DNA of 62,311 nt from an uncultured Bacilli bacterium (GTDB taxonomy: Bacteria > Bacillota_I > Bacilli_A > RF39 > UBA660), in NCBI GenBank assembly GCA_934149325.1, contig CAKPEJ010000004.1, positions 1 through 62,311 on the forward strand, in the 5' to 3' direction. The notes beneath the pieces were generated by a model that saw only the letters and a program-made list of their open reading frames with translations, was not told where the DNA came from and did not search any database. Position numbers and translations under genes: made by a program. Below are positions 27,573-37,323 of this stretch, piece by piece. How positions within the stretch are numbered: the first letter of the stretch is position 1; every line of letters starts with the position of its first letter.

Positions 27573-28400
27573 ATGAACGAAATAAAAGAATATACGGAAA
27601 AATTATTTGAAGATATAAAACATATAGATGAAAATAAAAATGAATATTGGTTGGCACGTGAACTTATGCCATTGTTAGAATATAGTAAATGGGAAAGATT
27701 TTCTAATGCAATAGATAATGCTAAAATATCTTGTGAAAAAAGTGGATATAAAGTTATTGAACATTTTCCCGAGGTTGGGAAGTTGTCAAAAAGAAATAAT
27801 GGTGCCAACGTTAAAATAAAAGATTATAAATTGTCAAGATATGCTTGTTATTTAATAGTACAAAATTGTGATTCAAGAAAGAAAGCTGTAGCTCTTGGAC
27901 AAACGTATTTTGCAGTTCAAACAAGAAAACAAGAACTAAGTGAAAAGGAATACAGTGAACTTACAGAAGATGAAAAAAGATTTTATCAAAGAAATTTAAC
28001 AAAAAAGGGTAATCATTCTTTGAATGTTGCAGCTAAAAATGCAGGAGTAAAAAATTTTGATAGGTTTCATAATAGTGGGTATAAAGGTTTATATAATGGT
28101 GAAACTGCTAATGATATTGCCAAAAGAAAGAAACTTAGATATAGGGAAGATATTTTAGATAATATGGGAAGTGATGAATTAATTGCCAATTTATTTAGAA
28201 TTTCTCAAACAGAACAAAAACTTAAAAATGAAAATATTAAAATAGAAAGATCAGCAAATGAGACTCATTATGCTGTTGGTAAAGAAATTAGAAAAACAAT
28301 TAAGAAATTAGGTGGAACGATGCCAGAGGATTTGCCCACACCTTCTAAAAGTTTAAAAGAATTAGAAAAAGAAAATATAAAAATACAAATAGAAGAGTAA
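27573..28400 (+). CDS. dinD: DNA damage-inducible protein D (DinD) homologue
   Basis: IKHIDENKNEYWLARELMPLLEYSKWERF...LSRYACYLIVQNCDSRK...YFAVQTRKQEL is collinear with E. coli DinD. Confidence 0.7.
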   Translation: MNEIKEYTEKLFEDIKHIDENKNEYWLARELMPLLEYSKWERFSNAIDNAKISCEKSGYKVIEHFPEVGKLSKRNNGANVKIKDYKLSRYACYLIVQNCDSRKKAVALGQTYFAVQTRKQELSEKEYSELTEDEKRFYQRNLTKKGNHSLNVAAKNAGVKNFDRFHNSGYKGLYNGETANDIAKRKKLRYREDILDNMGSDELIANLFRISQTEQKLKNENIKIERSANETHYAVGKEIRKTIKKLGGTMPEDLPTPSKSLKELEKENIKIQIEE

Positions 28401-28480
28401 TTTTTCATATAACCTTTTAATTTAAAATAATTATGTAATAATATTTTTTGTATGATATAATAAATATAGGAAGTGATGAT

Positions 28481-29278
28481 ATGAAATTTGTATACCATGG
28501 AAGTAAAGAACATGGAATAAAGAGATTGGAACCAAGAAAATCTACGCATGGAGTATACGTATATGCTACACCTGAAAAGGCATTAGCATTAGTTTTTAGT
28601 GGTAGATGTGGTGATGATTTAACATACGATATTGGTCACTTTGATACTGATAAAAATGGTCCTTGGGAATTAGTTGAAAATATACCAGGAGCTTTTGAAA
28701 AAATGTTTTCAAATAGTTCATCTATTTATTTACTTTCTGGTGAAACTTTCAAAGACATTAATACAGGATTTGAAGAAGTAGTTTCAGAAACTAGTGTTGA
28801 TGTAATAGATGAAGAATATTGTGAAAATGTTTATGAAGGATTAAAAATTGCTGAAACAAATGGGTTAGTAAAGATATATAGATATCCTAATAAACCATTT
28901 TCCTTTAAACAAGATGGATCAGATATTTTAGATAAATGGAGATATTGTAAGGACAAATTACATAAGGAATTTACAAAAAATGAATTTGACAGATTAGTTT
29001 GTTTACATCCAAATTTATTAGAAAAAATAAATGAATTAGCGCATGATTTTAATTATGATTATCATTATGAACCACAAGATTTAATAGATATATTTAGTAA
29101 TAGAATACAAAGACAGTTATATGATTTAGATCATGAACAGTATATTGATTGTTCATATATAAGTATTTGTAACACTTTTCCTAATTTAAAATTACAAATA
29201 GACATTTTATATGATTATTATAAAAATTATATTATACAAAATAAAGATGACATGACTGATAGTGTAAAAATTAGATAA
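28481..29278 (+). CDS. Hypothetical protein, possible ADP-ribosyltransferase-like N-terminus (weak)
   Basis: FVYHGS followed 19 aa later by GVYVYAT resembles the H...Y pair of H-Y-E ART/PARP folds. No further support. Confidence 0.4.
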   Translation: MKFVYHGSKEHGIKRLEPRKSTHGVYVYATPEKALALVFSGRCGDDLTYDIGHFDTDKNGPWELVENIPGAFEKMFSNSSSIYLLSGETFKDINTGFEEVVSETSVDVIDEEYCENVYEGLKIAETNGLVKIYRYPNKPFSFKQDGSDILDKWRYCKDKLHKEFTKNEFDRLVCLHPNLLEKINELAHDFNYDYHYEPQDLIDIFSNRIQRQLYDLDHEQYIDCSYISICNTFPNLKLQIDILYDYYKNYIIQNKDDMTDSVKIR

Positions 29279-29368
29279 TTTAAAAACATATGAATTAGTA
29301 TAAATTCAAGTTATATTTATATATAAAAAGGTATTAAAAAAATCTTTTTTTTGTTATAATAAAAATAG

Positions 29369-31666
29369 GTGATTGTAGTGGATAAAGAAAAGTTCAATAA
29401 ATTTATAATAATTTTTTTACTTATTGAACCATTAATAGATGTATTAACATCATTTCAAGTTAGAAATAATATTGGTTTATTTTCTATAGGTACAATAATA
29501 AGGGGATTATTTTTTCTATTTATAATTATTTATTTGTACAAAAATAATTATTCTAGAAAAAGTATATTATTATTTTTATTATATGTATTTCTAGCAATGA
29601 TATATTATTTGTCAGATAGTAAGATTAACATATTTTCAGAAATAATAAATATTATTAAAATATTTTATTTACCATTTATAATTTGTTTCTTTAATAATTA
29701 TGAAAATGAAAAAATTAACGATAAATTTATATTAGGTATTTATTTAATATATTTAAATTTAATATTAATTCCTTACTTATTTAATGTTGGATACAACATA
29801 TCAGATGTTTACGTAAATAAAAAGGGATATTTAGGATTGTTTTATAGCGGTAATGAAATAAGTGCAGTAATATTATCTCTAATGCCAGTAGCAGTAAATT
29901 ATATATATAATTCTAAAAATTATATTTTAAAAGTATTTGTACTATTAGAAACATTATTTTCTATTATGTTAATAGGAACTAAAACTTTATTCTTAGGCTT
30001 TATTGTTATTGTTTTATATTTTATAATAAAGTACATTAAAAATAATTTTATATTGTTAAGTACTAAAATGAAGTTGATATTTGTAAGTATTTTTATATTA
30101 TGCATATCTATTTTAGTTTTAGTTACACCAAGGCTTTCTGTTACTAAAAATTTAAATGTTTCACTAAATTATTATAAAATAGAAAAATTAGATGATTTAT
30201 TTACCTATGAATCAATAGACAATATAATATTTAGTAAAAGATTAACATATTTAAATAAAATTAACTCTGAGTATAAAAAAGGTGATTTAAAATCATATAT
30301 ATATGGAATAGGCAATACCAAAATTATGAATATAAAAGATATTGAAATAGATATTTTTGATATATTTTATAGTATAGGAATATTTGGAACATTTATATAT
30401 TTATTAATTCTTATTGTTTCTATAAATAAAGTTAAATTAAAAGGATATTATAAACTTAGTTTAATTCTTATTTTGATCGCATCATTATTTTCAGGACACA
30501 TATTAACTGAACCTATGGTCACAATTTATATAGGACTTTTATATATTTTAAATAAAAATAAAAAAGAAGATAATAAAAAGAAAATTTTATTAGTATCAAA
30601 TATGTATCCTAGTGAAAAATATAAATTTTATGGTTCATTTGTTAGAAATACAAAAATTTTACTAGAAGAAAATGGTTTTATAGTAGATAAGGTGGTTAAA
30701 TATAAAGAAACAAAATTTTTAAATAAATTATTTAGTTATATAATGTTTTATATCAAAACTACAATAAAAGGTATAGTAAATAATTATGATTATATATATG
30801 TTCATTATATATCACATTCATCTTTTGGAGCAATTATTCCAAAAGTAACTAGTAAAAATACAAAACTTGTTTTAAATGCTCATGGTAATGACGTAGTTGC
30901 AGATTTTGATTTTGAAAAAAAGAATGAAAAAAAATCTAAAAAGTTTTTGAAGTTTGCTGATAATGTTGTAGTGCCATCAAATTATTATAAAAAAGTTATG
31001 ATTGATAAATATGGTGTTTCTGAAAATGTAATTACAGTATATCCATCAGGTGGAGTAGATACTGAAAAGTTTAGAAAAAAAGATAAAAATGAATCAAAGA
31101 AAGTTAGTAATTTAAAAGAAGAATATAGTTATATAGGGTATATAAGTAGAATAGAAAAGAATAAAGGTTATGATGTATTTTTAAAAGCTATAAAAAATCT
31201 TGAAGAAGAAGGAAAAATAGGAAATAAGAAATTCTTAATAATAGGAACTGGTTCTGAAGAAGATAAAATGTATAAATTAATAAAAGAACTAGATATATTA
31301 AAATATCTTGAAATTAGAAATATGGTTTCACAAGATGAACTTGTTGATATATATAATAGCTTAGATTTATTTATATTTCCAACATATAGAGAGAGTGAAA
31401 GTCTAGGACTTGTTGGTCTTGAAGCAATGGCATGTGAAACATTTTTGATAGCAAGTAAAAATTATGGTCCAACAGATTATGTAATAAATAAAAAAAATGG
31501 TTTATTCTTTGAACCGAAAGATGACATAGATTTAAAAAATAAAATATTAGAATATGAAAATTTAAATCAAGAACAATATAAGAAAATAATAAAAAAGGCA
31601 AGACAAACTGCGATTAAATATGATTTTAAAAATACAGCGCACTTAATATTAGATGTATTTAAATAA
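29369..31666 (+). CDS. Fusion protein: polytopic O-antigen polymerase/ligase-like (Wzy_C-type) domain plus a GT4 glycosyltransferase domain
   Basis: About 390 aa carry 10 or more TM helices. The remainder is a GT-B domain with ESESLGLVGLEAMAC (the E-x7-E region). Confidence 0.7.
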   Translation: MIVVDKEKFNKFIIIFLLIEPLIDVLTSFQVRNNIGLFSIGTIIRGLFFLFIIIYLYKNNYSRKSILLFLLYVFLAMIYYLSDSKINIFSEIINIIKIFYLPFIICFFNNYENEKINDKFILGIYLIYLNLILIPYLFNVGYNISDVYVNKKGYLGLFYSGNEISAVILSLMPVAVNYIYNSKNYILKVFVLLETLFSIMLIGTKTLFLGFIVIVLYFIIKYIKNNFILLSTKMKLIFVSIFILCISILVLVTPRLSVTKNLNVSLNYYKIEKLDDLFTYESIDNIIFSKRLTYLNKINSEYKKGDLKSYIYGIGNTKIMNIKDIEIDIFDIFYSIGIFGTFIYLLILIVSINKVKLKGYYKLSLILILIASLFSGHILTEPMVTIYIGLLYILNKNKKEDNKKKILLVSNMYPSEKYKFYGSFVRNTKILLEENGFIVDKVVKYKETKFLNKLFSYIMFYIKTTIKGIVNNYDYIYVHYISHSSFGAIIPKVTSKNTKLVLNAHGNDVVADFDFEKKNEKKSKKFLKFADNVVVPSNYYKKVMIDKYGVSENVITVYPSGGVDTEKFRKKDKNESKKVSNLKEEYSYIGYISRIEKNKGYDVFLKAIKNLEEEGKIGNKKFLIIGTGSEEDKMYKLIKELDILKYLEIRNMVSQDELVDIYNSLDLFIFPTYRESESLGLVGLEAMACETFLIASKNYGPTDYVINKKNGLFFEPKDDIDLKNKILEYENLNQEQYKKIIKKARQTAIKYDFKNTAHLILDVFK

Positions 31667-31676
31667 GAGGTAACGA

Positions 31677-32543
31677 ATGAAGACAGGAATAATAATATTA
31701 AATTATAATGATTATGAAACTACTTATGATATGTTAAATAGAATAAAAAATTTTAAAGAAATTGATATAATTGTAGTAGTAGATAATATGTCATTAGATA
31801 ATTCTTATGAAAGACTAAAAAAAATTGAAAATGAAAAAATTAAGGTAATATCATCAAATGAAAATAAGGGATATGCAAGTGGTAATAACGTAGGTATAAA
31901 ATATTTAGTTGATAACTATAAAGTAGATAATATAATTATTTCTAATCCGGATATTATTTTAAAAGATAGTGATATAAAAATTTTAAAGGACGATTTAAAA
32001 AATAATAAAAATATAGATATTATTTCTCCATATATTGATGAAAGAGGTAAAATTTCAAGGGGATGGAAGCTTCCAAGATATATAGATGAACTTTTATGTA
32101 ATATGAATTTTTTTCATAAAATAGGTGAGAATAATTTGAAGTATAAAGATGATTATTATAAAGATGATTTAACAAAAGTAGATGTTGTATCTGGCTGTTT
32201 CTTTATGATTAGAAAAGAATCTTTTGAAAAAATAGGTTATTTTGATGAAAATACATTTTTATATTATGAAGAAAATATTATTGGAAAAAAATTAAAAGAT
32301 AATAATATGAATACTTATGTAGATAAAAGAGTTAATATTATTCATAATTTATCAATAAGTGTTAATAAAAGTTTCAATTCAATAAAAAAGTATAAAATTT
32401 TAAAACAAAGTCAAAAATATTATCAAAAAGAGTATAATAAATTAAATATTTTTGGTATGATATTATTAAGGTTTGTATATTATATAAGTTTAATAATATC
32501 TTATATAGTATGTTTTTTTAGAAATTTTGGAGGTAAAAGGTGA
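31677..32543 (+). CDS. Family 2 glycosyltransferase
   Basis: IIILNYNDYETT...VVVDNMSLDNS...NKGYASGNN, with a DxD-type region. Confidence 0.8.
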   Translation: MKTGIIILNYNDYETTYDMLNRIKNFKEIDIIVVVDNMSLDNSYERLKKIENEKIKVISSNENKGYASGNNVGIKYLVDNYKVDNIIISNPDIILKDSDIKILKDDLKNNKNIDIISPYIDERGKISRGWKLPRYIDELLCNMNFFHKIGENNLKYKDDYYKDDLTKVDVVSGCFFMIRKESFEKIGYFDENTFLYYEENIIGKKLKDNNMNTYVDKRVNIIHNLSISVNKSFNSIKKYKILKQSQKYYQKEYNKLNIFGMILLRFVYYISLIISYIVCFFRNFGGKR

Positions 32544-33709
32544 AAAAGAACATTATTATAATAGGCGCAAGAGGATATGAAAAAGAGTATGGTGGTTGGG
32601 AAACATTTGTTACTAATTTGATAAATAACTATAACGATAAAAATACTACATTTTATGTACCAGAGTTAAATCATAATAAAAAAAATAGTGGAACTGAAAT
32701 AAGAAATGGTGTAATATGTCCACAAATATATACTCCAAGACAAGGTTTTGTCACAATGTTCACGTTTACATTTAAGGCAGTATTGTATTTTAAAAAGTTT
32801 ATTAAAAAAGAAAAATTAGAAAATGTTGTCATGTATGTAGTTGGTTGTAAGGTTGGACCATTGTTTACTTTAATACATAAAAAATTAACTAAAATGGGTG
32901 TAAAAATAGTTATTAATCCAGATGGATTAGAATGGAAAAGAGATAAATGGGCATGGTGGATTAAACAATGCTTTAAAATATCTGAAAGAACAATGATAAA
33001 AGCATCTGATTATGTTGTATGTGATTCAAAGAACATAGAAAAATATGTTCAAGAAAAATATAAAAAATATGGTACACCTACAACATTTATTGCATATGGT
33101 TCATATATTAATGATGTAAAAGATATAGATAAAAAAACTAAAGTTTATATGGAAAAACATGGTATAAAACTTCATGAATATTATTTAATAGTTGGTAGAT
33201 TTGTTCCTGAAAATAATTATGAACTTATTATAAAAGAATTTATGAAAACTGATACAAAGAAAGATTTAGTTATTGTATGTAATGTTGAAGAAAATAAATT
33301 CTATAAGAAATTGCTTAAAACAACAGAATTTAATAAAGATAAAAGAATTAAGTTTGTAGGATCTGTTTATGATCAAGATGTTTTAAGAAGACTTAGAAAA
33401 AATGCTTCAGCCTACATTCATGGTCATTCAGCTGGTGGAACGAATCCATCATTATTAGAGGCTTTAAGTATAACAGATGTAAATATTTTATATAATGCAT
33501 GTTATAATGAAGAAGTTGGAGAAGATTCTTGTTTGTATTTTAGTAATGAAGAGAATTCTTTGGTAAATGTAATTGATAAAGTTGAAAAATTTAAATCAAA
33601 AGATAGAAATTACTATGGTGAAAAAGCAAGAAAAAGAATTGAAGATGAATATACATGGGATATTGTTGTAAAAAAATATAAAAAATTCTTTGATAAAGTG
33701 TTAAAATAA
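32540..33709 (+). CDS. GT4 glycosyltransferase with a DUF1972-type N-terminus (RgpA/WchF-like rhamnosyltransferase family)
   Basis: IIIGARGYEKEYGGWETFVTNL plus HGHSAGGTNPSLLEAL. GTG start overlaps the previous stop. Confidence 0.7.
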   Translation: MKKNIIIIGARGYEKEYGGWETFVTNLINNYNDKNTTFYVPELNHNKKNSGTEIRNGVICPQIYTPRQGFVTMFTFTFKAVLYFKKFIKKEKLENVVMYVVGCKVGPLFTLIHKKLTKMGVKIVINPDGLEWKRDKWAWWIKQCFKISERTMIKASDYVVCDSKNIEKYVQEKYKKYGTPTTFIAYGSYINDVKDIDKKTKVYMEKHGIKLHEYYLIVGRFVPENNYELIIKEFMKTDTKKDLVIVCNVEENKFYKKLLKTTEFNKDKRIKFVGSVYDQDVLRRLRKNASAYIHGHSAGGTNPSLLEALSITDVNILYNACYNEEVGEDSCLYFSNEENSLVNVIDKVEKFKSKDRNYYGEKARKRIEDEYTWDIVVKKYKKFFDKVLK

Positions 33710-33711
33710 TT

Positions 33712-33742
33712 AACTTATTTTGTAAAAAATAAGTTTTTTTTT
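33712..33742 (+). terminator. Rho-independent terminator after the glycosyltransferase operon
   Basis: AACTTATTTT / AAAATAAGTT stem plus a T-run. Confidence 0.7.
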
Positions 33743-33750
33743 GCTATAAA

Positions 33751-33778
33751 TTGACAAAATGATAAAAAATGCTATAAT
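33751..33778 (+). promoter_or_regulatory. Sigma-A-type promoter for the 33806 gene
   Basis: TTGACA (33751-33756), 16-nt spacer, TGcTATAAT (33770-33778). Confidence 0.6.
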
Positions 33779-33805
33779 AAACAATCAAATCAGGGGGAAA
33801 GAATT

Positions 33806-36052
33806 ATGGAAAATATAAATATGGGGATAGTTTCAACCGTATCAAAAAATATCGATTTTGCAAGTTTTAAAATAGAAGAAATAAATAAAGAAATACTTGC
33901 TGCGACTATTGAACTTAAAAAAATAGGAGAGAATACAGAACTTGGTCAAATAATAAAAAGTAAAATAGAAATATTAAATGATGAAAAAACAAAATTAATT
34001 TCATTAGTTACAAAGTTAAGAGAATATGTTGTTTCAAAGACTTTTAACAATTATTCATATACTGAAAATGAAAATGAATTTGAAATTAGTGAAGATAGTA
34101 CTGAACAAGAAGAAAGTATAGAAGTTCCAGTTTTTCAAAAACAAAAAGAAGATATTTATAATGGTGAAACAGAAGTAAAAACAGAAGTTAATAATGAAGA
34201 AAATAATTATGTTACCTTAGATAATAAAGAAGAATATCAAAGTTATGAGGAAATAGAAGAATCTGATGAATATGAAGAAGATTATTTAGATGATTTAGAT
34301 GAACAAGAAGAAAATATTAAGATAAGTAATTTAGAAATATCTTATATTAAAGATAAATATAAAGTTGAATTTGATTTAACAATGAATGGAAAAACAAGAC
34401 ATATTGTAGATTTTGCAGGTGTTGATAAGAAAATATTAGTTAATAAAAAAAAAAACAACGATTCACTAAATGATAGTGATTTTGAATTATATGAAAAGAT
34501 AGATAATAATTTATGTTTGAGACTAAAATCTTTAGATAGAAAGTATGGTACTAAATTATTTAGTGATTATTTAAATGGAAAATTAAATGCTGTTGTTAAG
34601 TATGATTTAAGTAATATAATGAAGTCAAAAAGGTTATCATTAAAAGAAAAAATACAGCAATATGATGTAGCAATAAAACAAAAAGATTTGATAGGAGCAG
34701 AAATTGTTCATTCAAATTTAGGATATAATTTACTAAAATTTAAAAAGTTTTGCAGTAAAAAAGCAAATGTAAATATAAATAAAAAAATTAATATTAATGA
34801 AACTAAGAAAAAGAAAATTGTAAAAGAAAATAGTACAAAACCATATTTTAATTTAACCTTTAAAAGATTTAAAGTCGCAGCTTTTGTAGGTGTAATGACT
34901 TTAGGGGCAGCATCTTTAGCTATTTCACATAGTAATTCAAAAAAGAATATTAAAGAAGCAAAAAATGTTGTTGTAAATACTGAAGATACAACTACTAAAA
35001 GTATTGTCACAACCCAAAATACTACAGAGGTAACAACAGAAAATACTAAAAACAATGAAAATTTAGGAATAGGTGTAAAAGATAGTTTAGCACTTGTACA
35101 ACGTAATAATGATGGAGAAATAATTAAAAACTTTGAATTAACAAAAGAACCATTTGATAATGATAATACATCTTTAGCGAGTGAAATTGGTGCTAAAACA
35201 TTTCCTATATCATCTATGATTGTCTTTGATAAAACTGATAATAGTGTAATTGAAACAGTAAGAGATAGTAATATTAGAACAAATGAATTATATAAAAAAT
35301 ATGGATCAAATATTGGTATTATATTAGGTTTTGATGCAGAAGATGGAAAAGGTAATATTATTTCAAAAAATATTGGATATCTAGATATAGATAAATTTAT
35401 ACATTTTTCTGATAAAACAAAGAAAAGAATTGCTGGTAATAAGGAATATGTATCAACAAAAGATGAAAATATAAATACTGAAAATAGTAAAGAAATAAGT
35501 ACAGAAAAAGTTGAAAATATTAATAAAGAAAATGAAACAAAAGAAGAAAACATAAAAGAAGAAAAAACAAATTATGTAAATACTAAATATCCTAATTTTG
35601 CTATTAACGACGAAGTGTCATTAGTTTATAAAGAAAATGATTCTGTTATTGCTTGTGAAACATCAGGTGATGCTTGGGGTAATGGTAAAAAAGGAAAAGC
35701 TAATTATGTTGATGGAATTATATATAAAATATCTCGTATAGCAGTTTATAGAGGTACTGAAGTTTTGGAAACTATAAGTTTAGGAGATAATAATGAAAGT
35801 GTTAAAACAAATGATTTATATAGTAAATATGGAAAAGATATTGTAATTTCATTTAATTTTAATGCTTATGATGAAAAAGGAAAAAATATTGCTACTGATA
35901 TAGGTTGGGTAGATATAGATAGTTTAAATAATTTTATTAATAATCAAAAAAAGAATAAAGATAGTGCTTTAAATAATTTATATAAAGATTTTGAAGATGT
36001 ACTTTCAAATAATGATAAATTTAAAGGTTATAAATTAACATTTCATATTTAA
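33806..36052 (+). CDS. Large hypothetical protein: coiled-coil N-terminus, acidic region, one TM, two repeated C-terminal domains
   Basis: TM is FKVAAFVGVMTLGAASLAI. The repeats are NELYKKYGSNIGIILGFDAEDGKGNIISKNIGYLDIDKF and NDLYSKYGKDIVISFNFNAYDEKGKNIATDIGWVDIDSL. RBS is CAGGGGGA. Confidence 0.6.
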   Translation: MENINMGIVSTVSKNIDFASFKIEEINKEILAATIELKKIGENTELGQIIKSKIEILNDEKTKLISLVTKLREYVVSKTFNNYSYTENENEFEISEDSTEQEESIEVPVFQKQKEDIYNGETEVKTEVNNEENNYVTLDNKEEYQSYEEIEESDEYEEDYLDDLDEQEENIKISNLEISYIKDKYKVEFDLTMNGKTRHIVDFAGVDKKILVNKKKNNDSLNDSDFELYEKIDNNLCLRLKSLDRKYGTKLFSDYLNGKLNAVVKYDLSNIMKSKRLSLKEKIQQYDVAIKQKDLIGAEIVHSNLGYNLLKFKKFCSKKANVNINKKININETKKKKIVKENSTKPYFNLTFKRFKVAAFVGVMTLGAASLAISHSNSKKNIKEAKNVVVNTEDTTTKSIVTTQNTTEVTTENTKNNENLGIGVKDSLALVQRNNDGEIIKNFELTKEPFDNDNTSLASEIGAKTFPISSMIVFDKTDNSVIETVRDSNIRTNELYKKYGSNIGIILGFDAEDGKGNIISKNIGYLDIDKFIHFSDKTKKRIAGNKEYVSTKDENINTENSKEISTEKVENINKENETKEENIKEEKTNYVNTKYPNFAINDEVSLVYKENDSVIACETSGDAWGNGKKGKANYVDGIIYKISRIAVYRGTEVLETISLGDNNESVKTNDLYSKYGKDIVISFNFNAYDEKGKNIATDIGWVDIDSLNNFINNQKKNKDSALNNLYKDFEDVLSNNDKFKGYKLTFHI

Positions 36053-36067
36053 AAAGGGGGAAAATAT

Positions 36068-36493
36068 ATGAGTAATATTGAATTACCATTTAATGTAAAA
36101 CAAATTAGTAAAAAAGAATTAGATAATTTAATAAAAAGAGTAAAAAAGGGTGAAGAAGATATTTATTTAGAAGTTAGAGATAATGAAAAAAATTTAATTG
36201 GTTTTCAAAAAGTATTATCTTTAAAAGACAATCTTAAAATAGCAAAAAGAAGATTAATATATTTAATAAAATTAAATAGTAAATATAGTAGAAGAAAATC
36301 TAATAAGGAAGAAGCAGAAAAAATAAAAGAAGAAATAGAAATATGTATAAAAGAAATACAAGCTGTTTTAGGTAGAAGTTTTCTAGTAGATGATAGAAAA
36401 GATTTTGTTGATAAAATAAATTCTATTGAACCTTACATGAAAAAGGAAATATCAAAAAAAATGGATTTTGATAAAAATCCATATGTACGTTAA
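36068..36493 (+). CDS. Hypothetical protein
   Basis: ORF with an AAGGGGGA RBS, 15 nt after the previous stop. Confidence 0.5.
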   Translation: MSNIELPFNVKQISKKELDNLIKRVKKGEEDIYLEVRDNEKNLIGFQKVLSLKDNLKIAKRRLIYLIKLNSKYSRRKSNKEEAEKIKEEIEICIKEIQAVLGRSFLVDDRKDFVDKINSIEPYMKKEISKKMDFDKNPYVR

Positions 36494-36516
36494 AAAAGTT
36501 ACATTAGTAGCTTTTT

Positions 36517-37230
36517 TTATATATTTTTAAATATTTTATTTATATCATCATTTATAACTAAAGTTGCCATATTATCAAAATTAGTTGTTTCTTTATTTAT
36601 AATAACTAAATTTTTTCCTTTAAAATATCTAATCAGTCCAGCAGCTGGAAATACATTTAAAGATGTTCCACCAACTATAAGTGTATCTGCATTTTCAATT
36701 AGATTGATTGCTTTATTTAATATTTCATTATTAAGTTCTTCTTCATATAAAATAACATAAGGCTTTATAATGCCACCACAAGAACAAATAAGGTTATCTT
36801 TATTATTTATCATATAATCTAATGAATAAAATTTATTACATTTCATGCAGTAATTTTTATATATTGTTCCGTGAAGTTCAAGAACATTTTTAGAACCTGC
36901 TTTTTTATGAAGTCCATCAATATTTTGTGTTATTATTCCTTTTAATTTACCTAATTCTTCAAGTTCTTTTAACTTTTTATGGCAGTAATTAGGTTTAGCA
37001 TCTAAATAAATCATTTTATCAAAATAAAAATCATAAAAATCATTTGTTTTGTTAATAAAAAATGTATGACTTAATATAACTTCTGGTTTAAATTTGTATT
37101 TTTGATTATATATACCATTTGAACTTCTAAAATCAGGTATATTACTAGCAGTAGATACACCAGCACCTCCAAAGAATACAATTTTATCTGATTCATTTAT
37201 AATCTTTTTTAATATTTCTAATTTATCCAT
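36517..37230 (-). CDS. cobB: NAD-dependent protein deacylase (Sir2/CobB)
   Basis: GAGVSTASNIPDFRS, QNIDGLH, ELHG, and the zinc ribbon CMKCNK...CSCGG. Confidence 0.9.
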   Translation of the reverse strand: MDKLEILKKIINESDKIVFFGGAGVSTASNIPDFRSSNGIYNQKYKFKPEVILSHTFFINKTNDFYDFYFDKMIYLDAKPNYCHKKLKELEELGKLKGIITQNIDGLHKKAGSKNVLELHGTIYKNYCMKCNKFYSLDYMINNKDNLICSCGGIIKPYVILYEEELNNEILNKAINLIENADTLIVGGTSLNVFPAAGLIRYFKGKNLVIINKETTNFDNMATLVINDDINKIFKNI

Positions 37231-37323
37231 ATAATCACCAAAATAATTATAAATTAATTATATAAATTTGACAAATATTATAAAATATATATAATATTCA
37301 TCTAGAAAAAGGGGGAATTTACA

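Noticed and set aside
34708-35553. 281-aa ORF on the minus strand, antisense to the 33806-36052 gene
   Set aside because: It lies entirely inside a better-supported plus-strand gene. The S/F/L/I-rich low-complexity translation is the mirror image of K/E/N-rich coding DNA in an AT-rich genome. There is no RBS.
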